Source: the human T2T-CHM13v2.0 reference genome, Homo sapiens. From it: a DNA stretch of 64,000 bases. Positions 1 to 18,024 of this stretch are shown one piece after another (within the stretch, counting starts at the first letter, position 1; each line of letters opens with the position of its first letter). The translations under genes and the position numbers were made by a program. Below the pieces are notes generated by a model. The model ran no database searches, was not told where the DNA came from, and saw nothing but the letters and a program-made list of their open reading frames with translations. The stretch lies in NCBI RefSeq assembly GCF_009914755.1, contig NC_060931.1, one strand, 5' to 3'.

Positions 1-243
1 TAGGACTTCCAGTTGGTGTCAGAATTGGCTGGTGACAGGAGGAAGAAAGAAATCCTCACTAGTTAGGTTTTCTAGAAAATTATAGAAAGTTTTTAAAAAA
101 GTATTTATAATATATATTCTAGGTTTTAAAAAGTATGTATATAAATACAAAAATATAAAGAATGTATTTTTAAAATATGTTAAACATCGTTAACATAGGT
201 ATATTCTTCCTCTTTTCCTACGTAACTATTAAAAAAATGTATT

Positions 244-417
244 GCTGGACACAGTGGCGCATGCCTGTAGTCCCAGCTACTCAGGAGGCTAAGGCAGGAG
301 GATCACTTGAACCCGGGAGTTGGAGACTGTAGTATGCTATGGTCCCACCTGTGAATAGCCACTGCACTCCAGCCTGGGCAACGTAGTGAGACCCCGTCTC
401 TAAAAGAAAAAAAAAAG
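244..417 (+). mobile_element. FAM-type fossil Alu monomer (7SL-derived)
   Basis: Single monomer keeping the 7SL-like gtgaatagccactgcactccagcctgggcaac segment, with A tail. Confidence 0.75.
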
Positions 418-426
418 TATATATAG

Positions 427-744
<318 letters not shown>

Positions 745-947
745 ATCTATACTCATATCTATAAAGTTTTCCAACTTCACTTTTATCATGAACATCTCTT
801 CTGTCATAAATTTATGCTTACACCATAATTTTTACGTACTACATGGTATTACATTATGAATTTAATGAAACCTTGACCTTTAGGGTTTTTTGAAGTGTTT
901 ACTGTTTTATGAGATGTTTAATGAAACATTAACCTCACATGCAGATA

Positions 948-1150
948 CAGATTGAGAGGAGTATCCCGTAACTGAAATATTTGGGACTGGAAGTGTGTTT
1001 GGATTTTGGAATGTTTGCTTTATACCTACTAGTTGGGCATCCTAATCTGAAAATTCAAAATTCAAAATACTTCAGTGTGCATTTCCTTTGAGCATCTCCA
1101 GATGCTGAATTTTGGCGATTTCAGATTTTTAGATTAGAGATACTCATCTG
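948..1150. mobile_element. MER46A/Tigger4a-like MITE
   Basis: cag(a)ttgag...tatccc and ...gatactcatctg terminal inverted ends; internal similarity to recalled consensus. Confidence 0.7.
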
Positions 1151-1445
1151 GATTTTTTTGGGGAGGAACCATAATGACTTTGCTCTCAGTAATAACTGGT
1201 TCCCATCCTTTCTTGAGCCCTTTCAATCTTCTTTTTTTTCTCAATTCTAAAGCTCTCCCTTACAAATAGTTTTACAACTAGTACCCATGATTCACAGATT
1301 TTCATTAAGAGAATTGTTTAAGTCCAACTTGATTTGTTCTCACAAGTTTGAAAAATTGGAATATTTTCTGGGTTTTTTTTTCATTTTCCCTTCCAGTGGA
1401 GTTGAACAGTTCATTATACTTTTTAAATAGATCACAGTCACATAA

Positions 1446-1864
<419 letters not shown>

Positions 1865-2064
1865 TCTCAAATAAGTGTTTTCACTTTTTCCTGGGCTCTC
1901 TAAACTCCACACCTCTCAAGATGTCAAGCCACAGTGTGGACTGCAGTGTAACGGGGCGACCTCCACTCATCAGAGTTGATGGCCTTAGAGTCTTTCATGC
2001 CCTTTTCTATATTTTGCCTTTTTTTTTTTAAGTCAGTATTGCATTTTCTGATTTTTCTTGATAG

Positions 2065-2232
2065 GACCTTGCTAAGCAGTACTCTGACAGACTAGAATGC
2101 TGTGAAAATGAAGTAGAAAAGGTAATAGAAGAAATACGTTGCAAGGCAATTGAGCGTGGAACAGGAAATGACAATTATAGAACAACGGGAATTGCTACAA
2201 TCGAGGTGTTTTTACCACCAAGACTAAAAAAA
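2065..2232 (+). CDS. NUB1: NUB1 coding exon (first in window, probably exon 3): DLAKQYSDRLECC...FLPPRLKK
   Basis: Polypyrimidine/atag acceptor ending 2064, gtgagt donor at 2233; 168 nt, phase 0-0; translation matches recalled NUB1 N-terminal region. Confidence 0.96.
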
Positions 2233-2765
2233 GTGAGTAATTTCCCTAAATTTGAGTAGGCACTAATGTCCAGTTAGTGATGAGGTCAAATAAATTGTTG
2301 TTGTTTGGAAAGTTACAATCCAAAGTCAGAATTCTTTTAAGTGACTTTACATATTGAACAATTTATCAGCTTGAAAGTCAATGTTACAAATTCTTAAACT
2401 GGAACATTCCCAAGGTAGGCTTTTAGAGACCCTCTTGGGCTTCTAAAATGCCACAGAGCTGTATGTCACATTCTGATCCTTTCTAGCGTGTGAACGTTGA
2501 GAAATAATGGGGAATAAAGGATTCCCAAGTTTCCTAGAAGCCTGTGCAGGAGGATACAGCACAGAAGGCTTCATCCTTTTCCTGTTCCAGTAGAGGTCAG
2601 AGGGCAGTCCGCTGAGTGCTCTCAAGCAGGGCCGAGGAGATCTGGGTGGGGTCACCTCCTCTCATTGCCATGGCCAGGTAGTTTGCATCTAGAAATGTCA
2701 CTGTGGCAAGGCACCCAGAGCCTCTTGGGACTGATCGGTGCCAGCACTCTCAGAAGAAATAAGAG

Positions 2766-3763
2766 CATAGGCTCCAGCCCTACTGGGTCTGTGGTTTTTC
2801 TTCTCATGTGCGGAGACAAGAGATCGTAGAAATAAACACACAAGACAAAGAGATAGAAGAAAAGACAGTTGGGCCCGGAGGACCACTACCACCTAGACGC
2901 GGAAACGGGTAGTGGCCCCGAATGCCTGGCTGTGCTGTTATTTATTGGATACAAGGCAGAAGGGGCAGGGTAAGGACTGTGAGTCATCTCCAATGATTGA
3001 TAAGGTCACAGGAGTCATGTGTCCACCGGACAGGGGGCCTTTCCCTTATAGGTAGACGAGGCGGAGAGAGAGGACAGCTTACGTCATTATTTCTTCTATG
3101 CTCTTCTCAGAAAGATCAAAGACGTTAATACTTTCACTTTCTGCTGCTGCTATCTAGAAGGCGGAGCCAGGTGTACAGAGCGGAACATGAAAGTGAAACA
3201 GGAGCGGGACCACTGAAGCACAGCGTCACAGGGAGACGTTTAGGCCTCTGGATGGCTGTGGGCGGGCCTGACCAATGTCAGGCCTTCCACAAGAGGTGGT
3301 GGAGCAGAGTCTTCTCTAACTACCCCAGGGAGAGGCTCCCTTTCCCAGTCTGCTAAGTAACAGGTGCCTTCCCAGGCACTGGCGCTACCGCTAGACCAAG
3401 GTCTGCTAAGTAACGGGGGCCTTTCCGGGCACTGGAGTTACCGCTAGACGAGGGAGCCCTCTAGTGGCCCTGTTCGGGCATAACAGAGGGCTCACACTTG
3501 TCTTCTGGTCACTTCTCACTGTGTCCCTTCAGCTCCTATCTCTGTGTGGCCTGGTTTTTCCTAGGTTATAATTGTACAACAAAGATTATTGTAATATTGA
3601 AATAAAGAGTAATACTACAAACTAATAATGATATTCATATATAATCATATCTATAATCTATTTCTAGTGTAACTATTCTTATTCTATATATTTTCTTTAT
3701 TATACTGGAACAATTTGTGCCCTCGGTCTCTTGCCTTGGCACCTGGGTGGCTTGCCGCCCACA
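2766..3763 (-). mobile_element. LTR13 solo LTR (HERV-K HML-4 group), antisense in a NUB1 intron
   Basis: Minus strand begins TGTGGGCGGCAAGCCACCCAGGTGCC, as recalled for LTR13; about 1 kb; AT-rich 5' block; minus-strand AATAAA near 2941-2946; TSD not clear. Confidence 0.85.
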
Positions 3764-4160
3764 TATATATTAATATGTAAAACCTCATACATGAATGGTC
3801 ATAGCAACACTATTCAGTAGCTGAGAGATGGAAATAGTCCAAATGTCCATCAGCAGATGAAGGGATAGATAAATGTGGTCTATTCATACGATGGAAAACT
3901 GTTCACAATGCAAAGGAGTGAAGTGCTGATGCGTCCACAACGTGGGTGCACCTGAAAACATGATGCTCAGGGAAGAAGCCAGACACAAAAGGCCACGTAC
4001 TGCACTATCCCATTTATATGAAATGTCCGGAATAGGCAAATCTGTAGCAGCAGAAAATGGATTAGTGGTTGCCAGGGGCTGGGGGGCAAAGGGGAGGGAA
4101 TGGGGTGCAGGCCATGGTGTTTCTTTGAGGGATGGTGGAAATGTTCTGAAATGTTAAAGA
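3764..4160 (+). mobile_element. Old L1M (L1MB-like) 3' fragment
   Basis: aaatgtccatcagcagatga...gaagccagacacaaaaggccac...gtggttgccaggggctggggg. Confidence 0.8.
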
Positions 4161-4415
4161 CGTCCAGCTGTGTGAGACGGCCCCTCTGAGCAGCCCTGCC
4201 TGGTGGTGCCACGCTGCCGCCCCCTTGAGGACGTGCAGGTCACAGGGTCAGCCTGTGCTGGGTTATGTTCAGTAGACTTCTAGGCAGGCAGCATTTTAGT
4301 TTTTAACAGTGAACTCAGTTTATATCCTCTGCCGTCAGCTTTTCTGATTTCACAGGGTAATCTCTCCAAAATGGGTTAAATTCAAGTACATTTTACTTTG
4401 TCTTATTTTTAACAG

Positions 4416-4474
4416 GATAGGAAAAACTTGTTGGAGACCCGATTGCACATCACTGGCAGAGAACTGAGGTCCAA
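4416..4474 (+). CDS. NUB1: NUB1 exon: DRKNLLETRLHITGRELRS(K), UBL region
   Basis: tttttaacag acceptor, gtaagt donor; 59 nt; keeps frame with neighbours. Confidence 0.95.
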
Positions 4475-4909
4475 GTAAGTATCTGTGTGCTCTGTGTCCT
4501 AGGTGCTCTGGGCCTTTTTACATTGGCTTATTTGATCCTCTGTGAGCGTCCTCTTAAGATAGGTAGGGCAGGTATTATCTTCATTTTATAAAAGAGAAAA
4601 TTGAGGCTTTGAGGTTGAAGGACTTATTAGAGCTGTCACTGGTAGGTAAGTGGCAAAGTGAGGACTCAAGACTTGCAAGCACTATTTCCTGGTGTAACTT
4701 CCGAGCAGGTGGGAACTCCATGCCTATCATATGGTAGGCACTTGGTGCATGTTTGAGTGAATGAGTGAGTGATACAAGCAGGAGACACCTGGTACTCACT
4801 AGCTCATTAGTTTTGAATTACTATTTTTTTTCCCTAATGTATTAATAGCTTGCTATGACCTTCAGCACGGTGTTTTATCTGATTTCAGGCTGTTGGCCCA
4901 TCTGTAAAT

Positions 4910-4936
4910 CACACACACACACACACACACACACAC
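4910..4936. repeat. (CA)13 microsatellite
   Basis: Direct reading. Confidence 0.95.
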
Positions 4937-5449
4937 GTCTGCCACATACTAGTGAAATCCTAACTTTGAGATCTGGTGGGTTATTTCATCTCCTTGTATG
5001 TTTTAAAATGGTGTTTGGAGCACCTCCAGGGCTAGCTAGCGGGTGTATTTCTTCAGCTGATTTTTCTCATTTCCTTCTTTGGTCTACATCAGGGCTGTCA
5101 GGGGTGGATTCAGGAAGTGGCATGCAACACACATGCGTAGAAGATCCTGTGGATCAGCCCCCGCTATGGGCTTCTCCAGGGAGACCACAGAAGGTATAGG
5201 TAGATTTTCTCCGGATGTGCAACTAGGGCTTCCTGTTCACATGGATCTACGGCACTGTGGTCTCCACTGCCTGAGGAAACAAGCAGTAAAACGGAAAGTT
5301 TAAAAAGGACCTTGTCTCCTACAGTTTCAAATAGCCGTCTAGTAAGATGGCTTTATTGTGATGTTTGTGAGTCAGTCAGTTGAAATCCTGGGTGTTTCTG
5401 ATAAAATGGATAAAAGCGCTATCATGATTAAAGCCTTCTTTTAAAAAAT

Positions 5450-5742
5450 ATTTATTTTTTAGAGACAGGATCTTGCTCTGTCACCCAAGCTGAAGCACAG
5501 TGGCATAAATATAGCTCATTGCAACCTCAAACTCGCGGTTCAAGCAATCCTCCTACCCAAACCTCCCAAGCAGCTAGGGCCACAGGCATGGGCTACCAGG
5601 CCTGGCTAATTTTTAAAAATTTTTTGTAGAGATAGGATCTCTCTGTTGCCCAGGCTGGTCTTGAATTCCTGGGCTCAAGCCATCCTCCCACCTTGGCCTC
5701 CCAGGGTGTTGGGATTACAGGCGTGAGCCACTGGGCCTGGCT
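5450..5742 (-). mobile_element. AluJ
   Basis: Diverged dimeric Alu. Confidence 0.85.
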
Positions 5743-5811
5743 AATGTCTTTTTAATGGATAATAAATCGCAATTTTGTTTTCCTACAATTTTCACTGGTT
5801 TTATTTTACAG

Positions 5812-5882
5812 AATAGCTGAAACCTTTGGACTTCAAGAAAATTATATCAAAATTGTCATAAATAAGAAGCAACTACAACTAG
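5812..5882 (+). CDS. NUB1: NUB1 exon: IAETFGLQENYIKIVINKKQLQL, UBL region
   Basis: ttttacag acceptor, gtatgt donor; 71 nt. Confidence 0.95.
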
Positions 5883-6374
5883 GTATGTATGGCAAAGTAT
5901 GCATAATTTTTTAATGAACCAAATATAGAAATAATGACTTCCCTTTTTTTCTCAATGTCTTTTCAAAAATTTGTAGCTTTATTTCATTTATAATCCAAAA
6001 GTGATTTAGAAGTTTACTAAAATAAAAATGTAAAGCAGAAAATAGCTTTTCCAATAAATATTTACTGTCTGCTCTATGATAGTGGGAAGAAAGACACTCA
6101 TTACAGCTTAGATAAAATGTTAGAGAATGGAATGTAAGGTGTGCTGAGTGTAAGATGCCAGTTCCAGCAAATTCTTCTTGAAGGAGAAGAGCTAAGGCTG
6201 TGTCAGGACAGTGGGGAGGCCATGGTGGCGTGCGTTCCAGACTGAGAGCCTTATGTCAGAGCACTATGGTGTGAATTTGAGGAACTGAGGAAGGTCCAGT
6301 GTGGCTGTGTGTGGAGAGTGAGGGGAGGGGAGTGCTTTTTAAGGATGGAGGGGCAAGCAGAGGCCACACTGTGA

Positions 6375-6563
6375 ATTCCCAGGAGACATTTGGCATTGTC
6401 TGGAGACATTTGTGGTGCTTATAACTTGGTGACGGGGGAGGTTGTGCTGCTGTCATTTAGTGGGTGGAGGCTAGGGATGCTGCTGAATGTGCAATGCCCA
6501 GAACAGGCCCCACAACAAAGACTTGTCCAGTCCCAGATGTCAGTAGCGCAGCTGTTGGGAAAC
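6375..6563 (+). mobile_element. MER20 (hAT-Charlie) fragment within L2-like remnants
   Basis: ggagacatttggcattgtctggagacattt...ggctagggatgctgct...ccccacaacaaag. Confidence 0.75.
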
Positions 6564-7744
6564 GAGAAACTAGATGACCTTCCTCAGTGTTAGTACATTT
6601 CTCCTAAGATACATGGGAAGACATCTGTGCTGCGGAGTGATACACAATTCTGTTTGTGTTTTAGAAAGGTCACGCAGTAGGGGAATGTATTTGAAGGTGG
6701 CATGAGTTGACTTGGGGAGACCAGTTAGCTACTGCAGCCATCCATACAAGCACTGTAGCCCACTGGTTTCCAGTGCGTTCCTGTGGCCTCGAGAATGAAG
6801 TCCACATTTCTTAGCTTGATCTAAGACAGCCCTTCACAGCTCACCCTAGCCTTGCTTTCCAGCGTCATCTCTAGCAATTTCCCATTGTCTATTTTAGATG
6901 TCATGGATATCTTTTCACTGTTGCCTCATCCCTCTGTTAATTCTGTTTGTGGCATCCTTCATTGGACAGAAACCTTGATTTTGATGTCATCAAATCCATT
7001 GCCTATGGTTTGTGTTTTGTTGAAGTCCTTTCCCTAACCCCAGGGCCACAAGGATAGTCTACATTTTCTTGAATATTAGCTTAATCTATAAGAGGTCTTC
7101 AGTCTGTCCAGAGTCCCCCTTTCTATATAAAGTTTAAGGGTTCCTTTATTTTTCTTCCTATATAATTCATTAAATAGTCTGTCTTTTCCCTGCTGATTGG
7201 TGGTGACCCTTTTTGGGGGGCCCTGTTCCTATATTTTCTGTTCTTCCTACTCACCTGTGGTGTTTTTTATTACTGTGGCTTTGTTGCAGTCTTAAAATCT
7301 GGTGACCTCCCCCCACCCTTGCTTTTTTTTTTTTTTTAATCAAGATGGCTTAACCACTGGTGGACCTTTATTTTGTGTGTTAATGTTAGAAAGGTTGTCA
7401 TATTTCTCAAAAGAAAAAAATCCAGCTAGTTTTCCAGAAATGTGTTCACATTTGTGTTTTTTAGTTCACAATATTATTTGTTATTTTAAAATCTGTTTGC
7501 ATCTATGTTTACCCTTTTTTATTTTGTTTATTTGCATCTTTGACATAATTTTTGTTAGATTTGTGTATTTGGCTAATTTATTCATGGAGCCAGCTTTTGA
7601 TTTTGTTACTGTTTTCTTTCATTCTGTTTCACTGATTTCTGCCCTTTATTTCTAATTTATGTATGAGGAAACTGAGTCCTAGAAGATAGGTAGTTTATTC
7701 AGGGCCACAGAGTTAAAACGGTAGATGGAGCCCATGGTCTTTGC

Positions 7745-8042
7745 TTTTATTTATTTATTTAGAGATAGGGTCTCTATCTGTCACCCAGGCTGGAGTGTGG
7801 TGTGCGATTGCAGCTCACTGCAGCCTCCACCTCCCAGGTGCAAGCAATCCTCCCACCTCAGCTTCCCACTGAGTAGCTAGGACCACAGGTGCATACCACC
7901 ATGCCAGGCTAATGTTTTATTTTCTGTGGAGACGGGGTCCACTGTGTTGCCCAGGCTGATCTTGAACTCCGGGGCTCAAGTGATCCACCTGCCTCAGCCT
8001 GCCAAAGTACTGAGATTACAGGTGTGAACCACCACGCCCTGC
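7745..8042 (-). mobile_element. AluJ
   Basis: Dimeric Alu. Confidence 0.85.
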
Positions 8043-8354
8043 TGGTCTTTGCTTTTAACCATGACAGACTGCAGTACAGCTTCTTGTTTGTAGCTGTGAA
8101 TTGGCTTTATTATTTTTTCAACTAGAGGGTAGGAGAGGTGTGTTATACTTTCTCATTTTCCGTTTATATTGTCTAGCACAATGTTCTCCCTGTAGTAGAT
8201 TATCAAATATTTGTTGCTTTGATCTGGTCTTAGGCTGAGAATAAAGAAGATTAGAAAAGATGAATTTAGTTGATTCTATTGTCGCTAGCTGATTTTAACC
8301 ACTGCTTAACAGTGACATAGTTACAACCAAATGTAGGCATATTTTTACCAATTA

Positions 8355-8684
<330 letters not shown>

Positions 8685-8767
8685 AATTCCATTTAACATA
8701 GAAAATGGACTGTTACCTGGTAAGCTTAATGGCTTTTTAAAATAATAGGCAGTTCTGATTTTTATAG

Positions 8768-8950
8768 GGAAAACCCTTGAAGAACAAGGCGTGGCTCACA
8801 ATGTGAAAGCGATGGTGCTTGAACTAAAACAATCTGAAGAGGACGCGAGGAAAAACTTCCAGTTAGAGGAAGAGGAGCAAAATGAGGCCAAACTCAAAGA
8901 AAAACAAATTCAGAGGACCAAGAGAGGACTAGAAATACTGGCAAAGAGAG
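8768..8950 (+). CDS. NUB1: NUB1 exon: GKTLEEQGVAHNVKAMVLELKQSEE...EILAKR
   Basis: ttttatag acceptor, gtaccc donor; 183 nt; overlaps ORF 8791-9036; ubiquitin-like GKTLEEQGV motif. Confidence 0.96.
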
Positions 8951-9127
8951 GTACCCGGAGCTCTGGGCTTGTCACCCACTCAGCTGCTTGGGGGCAGCAC
9001 TGGATCACACAGTTGGGGGATCATGGCTCTCACTGAGTCTCACCTCAACAGTCTAACATTTTTAAGGCTGTCATCATCATAACTGTTTAACATTGAGTTC
9101 ATGGAGGTCCTTTTGGTTTTGTTACAG

Positions 9128-9222
9128 CAGCAGAGACAGTGGTGGATCCAGAAATGACACCGTACTTAGACATAGCTAACCAGACAGGCAGATCAATCAG
9201 AATTCCCCCATCAGAAAGAAAA
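9128..9222 (+). CDS. NUB1: NUB1 exon: AAETVVDPEMTPYLDIANQTGRSIRIPPSERK
   Basis: Tandem CAGCAGCAG acceptor, gtaagt donor; 95 nt. Confidence 0.94.
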
Positions 9223-9697
9223 GTAAGTACTATGAGAAATGTGTGGCCTGTTCTTAGATTTGTTGTCAGGGCAGAGGTGGTTTTTTAGTTGCTTTATGTT
9301 GGAAGTGTTGTAAAGGGTTGGAAACAGTGCTCCATCTCCAGCCTCGTAAACAGAAAATGTCACCACGTGGTGAGCACTGGCATCCAATGGGCCTCACCCT
9401 GTGCTTTTCAGCGCATTAGTACAAAATGTCATGTCTCACTGTCCTGGAGCAGTGACTTTCAACATACCTGAGGACACGACCCACTGCCTTCAGTGCATGC
9501 AGCTTCCTGTGGCAGTGCTTTACATTTAGTTTATTTTACTAGAGAACCTTGTCCCCTAAGGGATGGATCAGAATAGGGGTAGGGAAACTGTGTCGTTTGG
9601 GAAAAGTCCACAGGTGATTCTGACTTCTCTTCCCTATTTCCTCATACTCTTTCCCTGTTCTATAATTTGGGATAGGTAGGCGGAGGTTTAATCTTAA

Positions 9698-11267
<1,570 letters not shown>

Positions 11268-11357
11268 AATGTTTGTCTTTTGAAAATGATGATTACTTGC
11301 CCACTGCTCTCTTACATTGAATGACGACATCCAGATCTTTTTGGAAAACCTTTATCA

Positions 11358-11689
11358 CAGGGGTTCCCACCCCACAGGCTGCAGATGGGTACCAGTCCGT
11401 GGCTTGTTAGGAACTGGGCCACATAGCAGGTGAGCAGCAGGCAAGTGAGCGTCACCGCCTGAGCTCCGCCTCCTGTCAGATCAGCGGCGGCATTAGAGTC
11501 TTAGGAGCATGAACCCTATTGTGAACTGGGCATGTGAGGGATCTAGGCTGTGCACTCCTGATGAGAATCTAATGCCTGATGACCTGAGGTAGAATGTTTT
11601 CACCCTGAAACCATCTGCCTTCCTCCTTGTCCATGGAAAAATTGTCTTCCATGAAAGCAGTCCCTAGTGCCAAAAGGTTGGGACTACTG
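11358..11689 (+). mobile_element. MER1B (hAT-Charlie MITE) with intact 8-bp TSD
   Basis: CAG...CTG termini; TSD ctttatca at 11350-11357 and 11690-11697. Confidence 0.88.
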
Positions 11690-11778
11690 CTTTATCAGAC
11701 TGAATTATGCGAACATTTAAATTGAAAAATCTAATGAACTTCAAAAAATTTTGGATCACCTTTTAAAAATTGTTTTGG

Positions 11779-12799
<1,021 letters not shown>

Positions 12800-13136
12800 T
12801 GATACAAGCATTACTGGCTGCTTTTTAATATGTTTAGTCTGAATAGAATATTAGAAGTAGAATCCAGATCAGTGGATACGAAAATAAACTAATGAAAGCA
12901 AAGGGCCAAGTGCTGGTTAGGATTGTATCAGCTATAATAAATGAAGTGTTTGGCTTCAGTATTTAAATGAAATAAAGCTTTAATTAATTATATTTTTCTT
13001 AATTTTGGCTTTTAGATTGAGTTATGATCTTGTTTTCATTTTTTTTACTTTGTTTTTTAAAAAGTAATATGCTTTTAATATAATTTGCCTTATTATATTT
13101 TAAAGTGATGTTTTTTAAATTTGTATTTTTTCCTAG

Positions 13137-13243
13137 GCCCTTATGTTAGCTATGGGATATCATGAGAAGGGCAGAGCTTTCCTGAAAAGAAAAGAATATG
13201 GAATAGCCTTGCCATGTCTGTTGGACGCTGACAAATATTTCTG
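13137..13243 (+). CDS. NUB1: NUB1 exon: [35 protein letters not shown]
   Basis: tttttcctag acceptor, gtaggc donor; 107 nt. Confidence 0.95.
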
Positions 13244-13539
13244 GTAGGCGCTTTTGTACTTGGTGAACACCAGCTTTAAGGAAGATGGCCCAGACTATAC
13301 AGAACACCTGCCATGCCCTTGAGACTGCAGACTTTCATCTACAACAGTGGTTAATGTAAAAGAGTAGTTATGGTGTAAACTGGTGAATTTCTTCTTCCCT
13401 TTGTATTTCTAATTGACCTTTCCTCCCTGTAAAGAAAAGAATTTTCAAGCAGGTAGGATATCCTCTCTTCTTCTGTACATGTGCTATGTTGCTAGTCGGA
13501 ACTTTCCATTATAAAGTTTCCTGTCAGCTTTTCACCTAA

Positions 13540-14073
<534 letters not shown>

Positions 14074-15599
14074 TGAGTTGCTTCACTATCACCCTCCAAA
14101 GGTGACCAAAGAGGTTTCTTTTTCTTTTCATTTTCTTAAGTGTCATTATTAACTCATGGATTTAAAACATTTGATGTGTTTCAAACTTCAGTGCTTAAAT
14201 TGGTCATGCTGGCTGGCAGGCAGCCCATGTTTTTTTGACCTGACCCTGCTAGTCTTTGCAGTCTCTGATTTCTGGAATCCAAAGATACTCCAGGCTCATC
14301 TTGGGCATTTAATGCCCAGACCAGGAATCAGCAATTTCCCAAGGAGTCCTGGTTCCTCTTCATGGGAAACGGTACTAAGAGACTATGTTGCAGACATATT
14401 CAACATTTGAAAAGTAGACTTGATTTTTTGAAAATGGTCAAAAGTTAACAAATTTAGTGTTAACTTCTTTTCTGTTTTGGTGCATTCCCAAGATAATACT
14501 GTATACTCCCAGAAGATGAATGCAAATATTTATAGTTTTCCATTGGTCAGTGCCTTTGGGTTCTAAGTGAACAAGTCCCAACTTTAACGTACACAAAAAA
14601 GGAATTGGGAGGGGAGGGGCCGGGCTGGGAATAGTGAGAATGAGGGCTGGTTTGTGCTTCTGGGGTCTCTGTCTCTGCCTCTTTCTGGATGTCAGTTTCA
14701 TTCTCTTCTGCAAACAGTGTAGGGTAAACAGGCTTTAAATTAGGTCCTAAAAGTTTAGGTAAATTTTTCATTCCCTTCCATAGTTGTTTCTAATTTTTTA
14801 TTATGGAAAATTTCAAATAGTCATAAAAATAAAAATTAGTATAATGAGCTTCCATATACACTCATAACTAAGCTTCTGCAGTTATAAAGACATGGTTGAT
14901 CTTCATACATCTGTGTGAGCCTCCCTCAATCTTTTTATCCTGGACAAATCCTTGAAATAATTTTTAGGTCTCAGGGAACCACTGAATACAAATTTGGCTA
15001 CATCTTCAGTTCATGATACATTAACATGTCCGGTAAGTGGTAGGTATAATAATGAAATAATAATTAACAATGTCTTTCTAAGTAGAGAAAGTTTTTTTTT
15101 TCCTGGGCATCTATTTATCCTGGGCATCTATTTATCCTGGCCAACTTGTTAGCATATTTTTGTGTGTGTGTGATTTCTCTCTTTTCATAAAGGAAATCAG
15201 CAGTAATGTAAGCCAAATAGAATGCAGATGGAGGAAACTTCAGTTTTTCCATTTCCTTTTCCATTTGACTTTTCCCCCTTACTTCTCCAAGTAAGCTAGA
15301 AGTTTTGTCACAACTTCCTACCATATGTCTTGGAGTATGGTATGTAGTATGACCAAGAATAGTTTCTTTCCCCAAATTGTATGAAACAGTGACTTCCTGG
15401 CAGTGCAGAACGGTGACCCTGAGGTAGGGAAACATGAGGGGAGCTCAGTGTCTGGAGAAGTTTCAGGTTACGGGGCAGGGAGGGCAAACCCAGGCAGAGC
15501 CTTGTGCTCCCTGGAGTTAAAGAGATGGAGCTGGGCTTGCAGGAGGCCAAGGAGGTGAGAGGAGCAAGCTGCCAGAGAGAGGGTGTCAGAGAGCTTCAG

Positions 15600-16570
15600 A
15601 GGAGCCCTTTTGAGTCTTCTGCTCAGTAATGATCAGCACATGTGTGTGAGGAAACCGCCCAGGGCTGGGCAAGGTACCACATGAAAGAAGCAGGGAATAA
15701 TCCTCCGAGTTCATAGAAGGCCAGGAATAGTTTATGTTCCCACCAGCCAGAGTGGAGGATTTGGTAGTCACAGGGCGTCAAATAGAGTCTTCAGAAGGGT
15801 GTTGCCTCAGCACTAGGGCATAATTTGGTTTCACTTAATAAAGCTTAAAAGCTACTCCTGAACAGTACCCTTAACTTACCGTTTTCAAATAAGTGCATCC
15901 CTAACAAAACTCAATAATTTAGCAATTCAAAAATATCCAGCATCCACTGAAAAATTAGCAGGCATGCAAAGAAACAAGCAAATGTAACCTATAACAAGCA
16001 AAAAAATCAGTCAGTAGCAACAGATCCAGAAGTGACACAGAAGATAGAATTAGTAGACAAGGACATTAAAACAGTGACTGTAATCCATCTGCTGAAGAAG
16101 GCAGAGGAACAACTGAACATGTCAGATAAAGACATGGGAGACATTCAAAAGACCCACATTAGAATGTAAGAGATGAAAAGTACAACATCCAAGATGAAAA
16201 GTACATTAGGTGGGATGAACTGCAGAATAGACACTATAGAAGAGAAGATTAGTTAAATGTTACATAAGGCAATAGAAACTATCTGAAAAAACAGAGAAAA
16301 GGCTAAAAAAAAAAAAAATGAACAGAGCATCTGCAAGCTGTGGCACAATTTCAGGCGGCCTAAAATGCATGTAATTGGAGTCCCTGGAAAGGCAGACATG
16401 TGGGACAGAAACAATACTTGAAGAAAAAAATGGCCATTAATTTTTCCCAGTTTGATGAAAACTATAAACCCCCAGATGCAATGACTTTAATGACCCCAAG
16501 TACAAGAAATATCAGAAAAAAACTACACTACAGCACACTATAATCCAATTCCCTAAAACCAGTAATAAAA
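15600..16570 (+). mobile_element. Ancient L1M 5'/ORF1-region remnant
   Basis: A-rich L1 ORF1-like motifs (gaattagtagacaaggacattaaaac; aatgaacagagcatc...gtaattggagtccc). Confidence 0.7.
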
Positions 16571-16621
16571 TTGAAAATGACTTTTTAGCTAACCTTTCTT
16601 GAAAAAAGTTAGGTAAGTTTG

Positions 16622-18024
<1,403 letters not shown>

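Noticed and set aside
244-417. 7SL RNA-like sequence
   Set aside because: Lacks the SRP S-domain and is diverged with an A tail, so it is a fossil Alu monomer rather than an RNA gene
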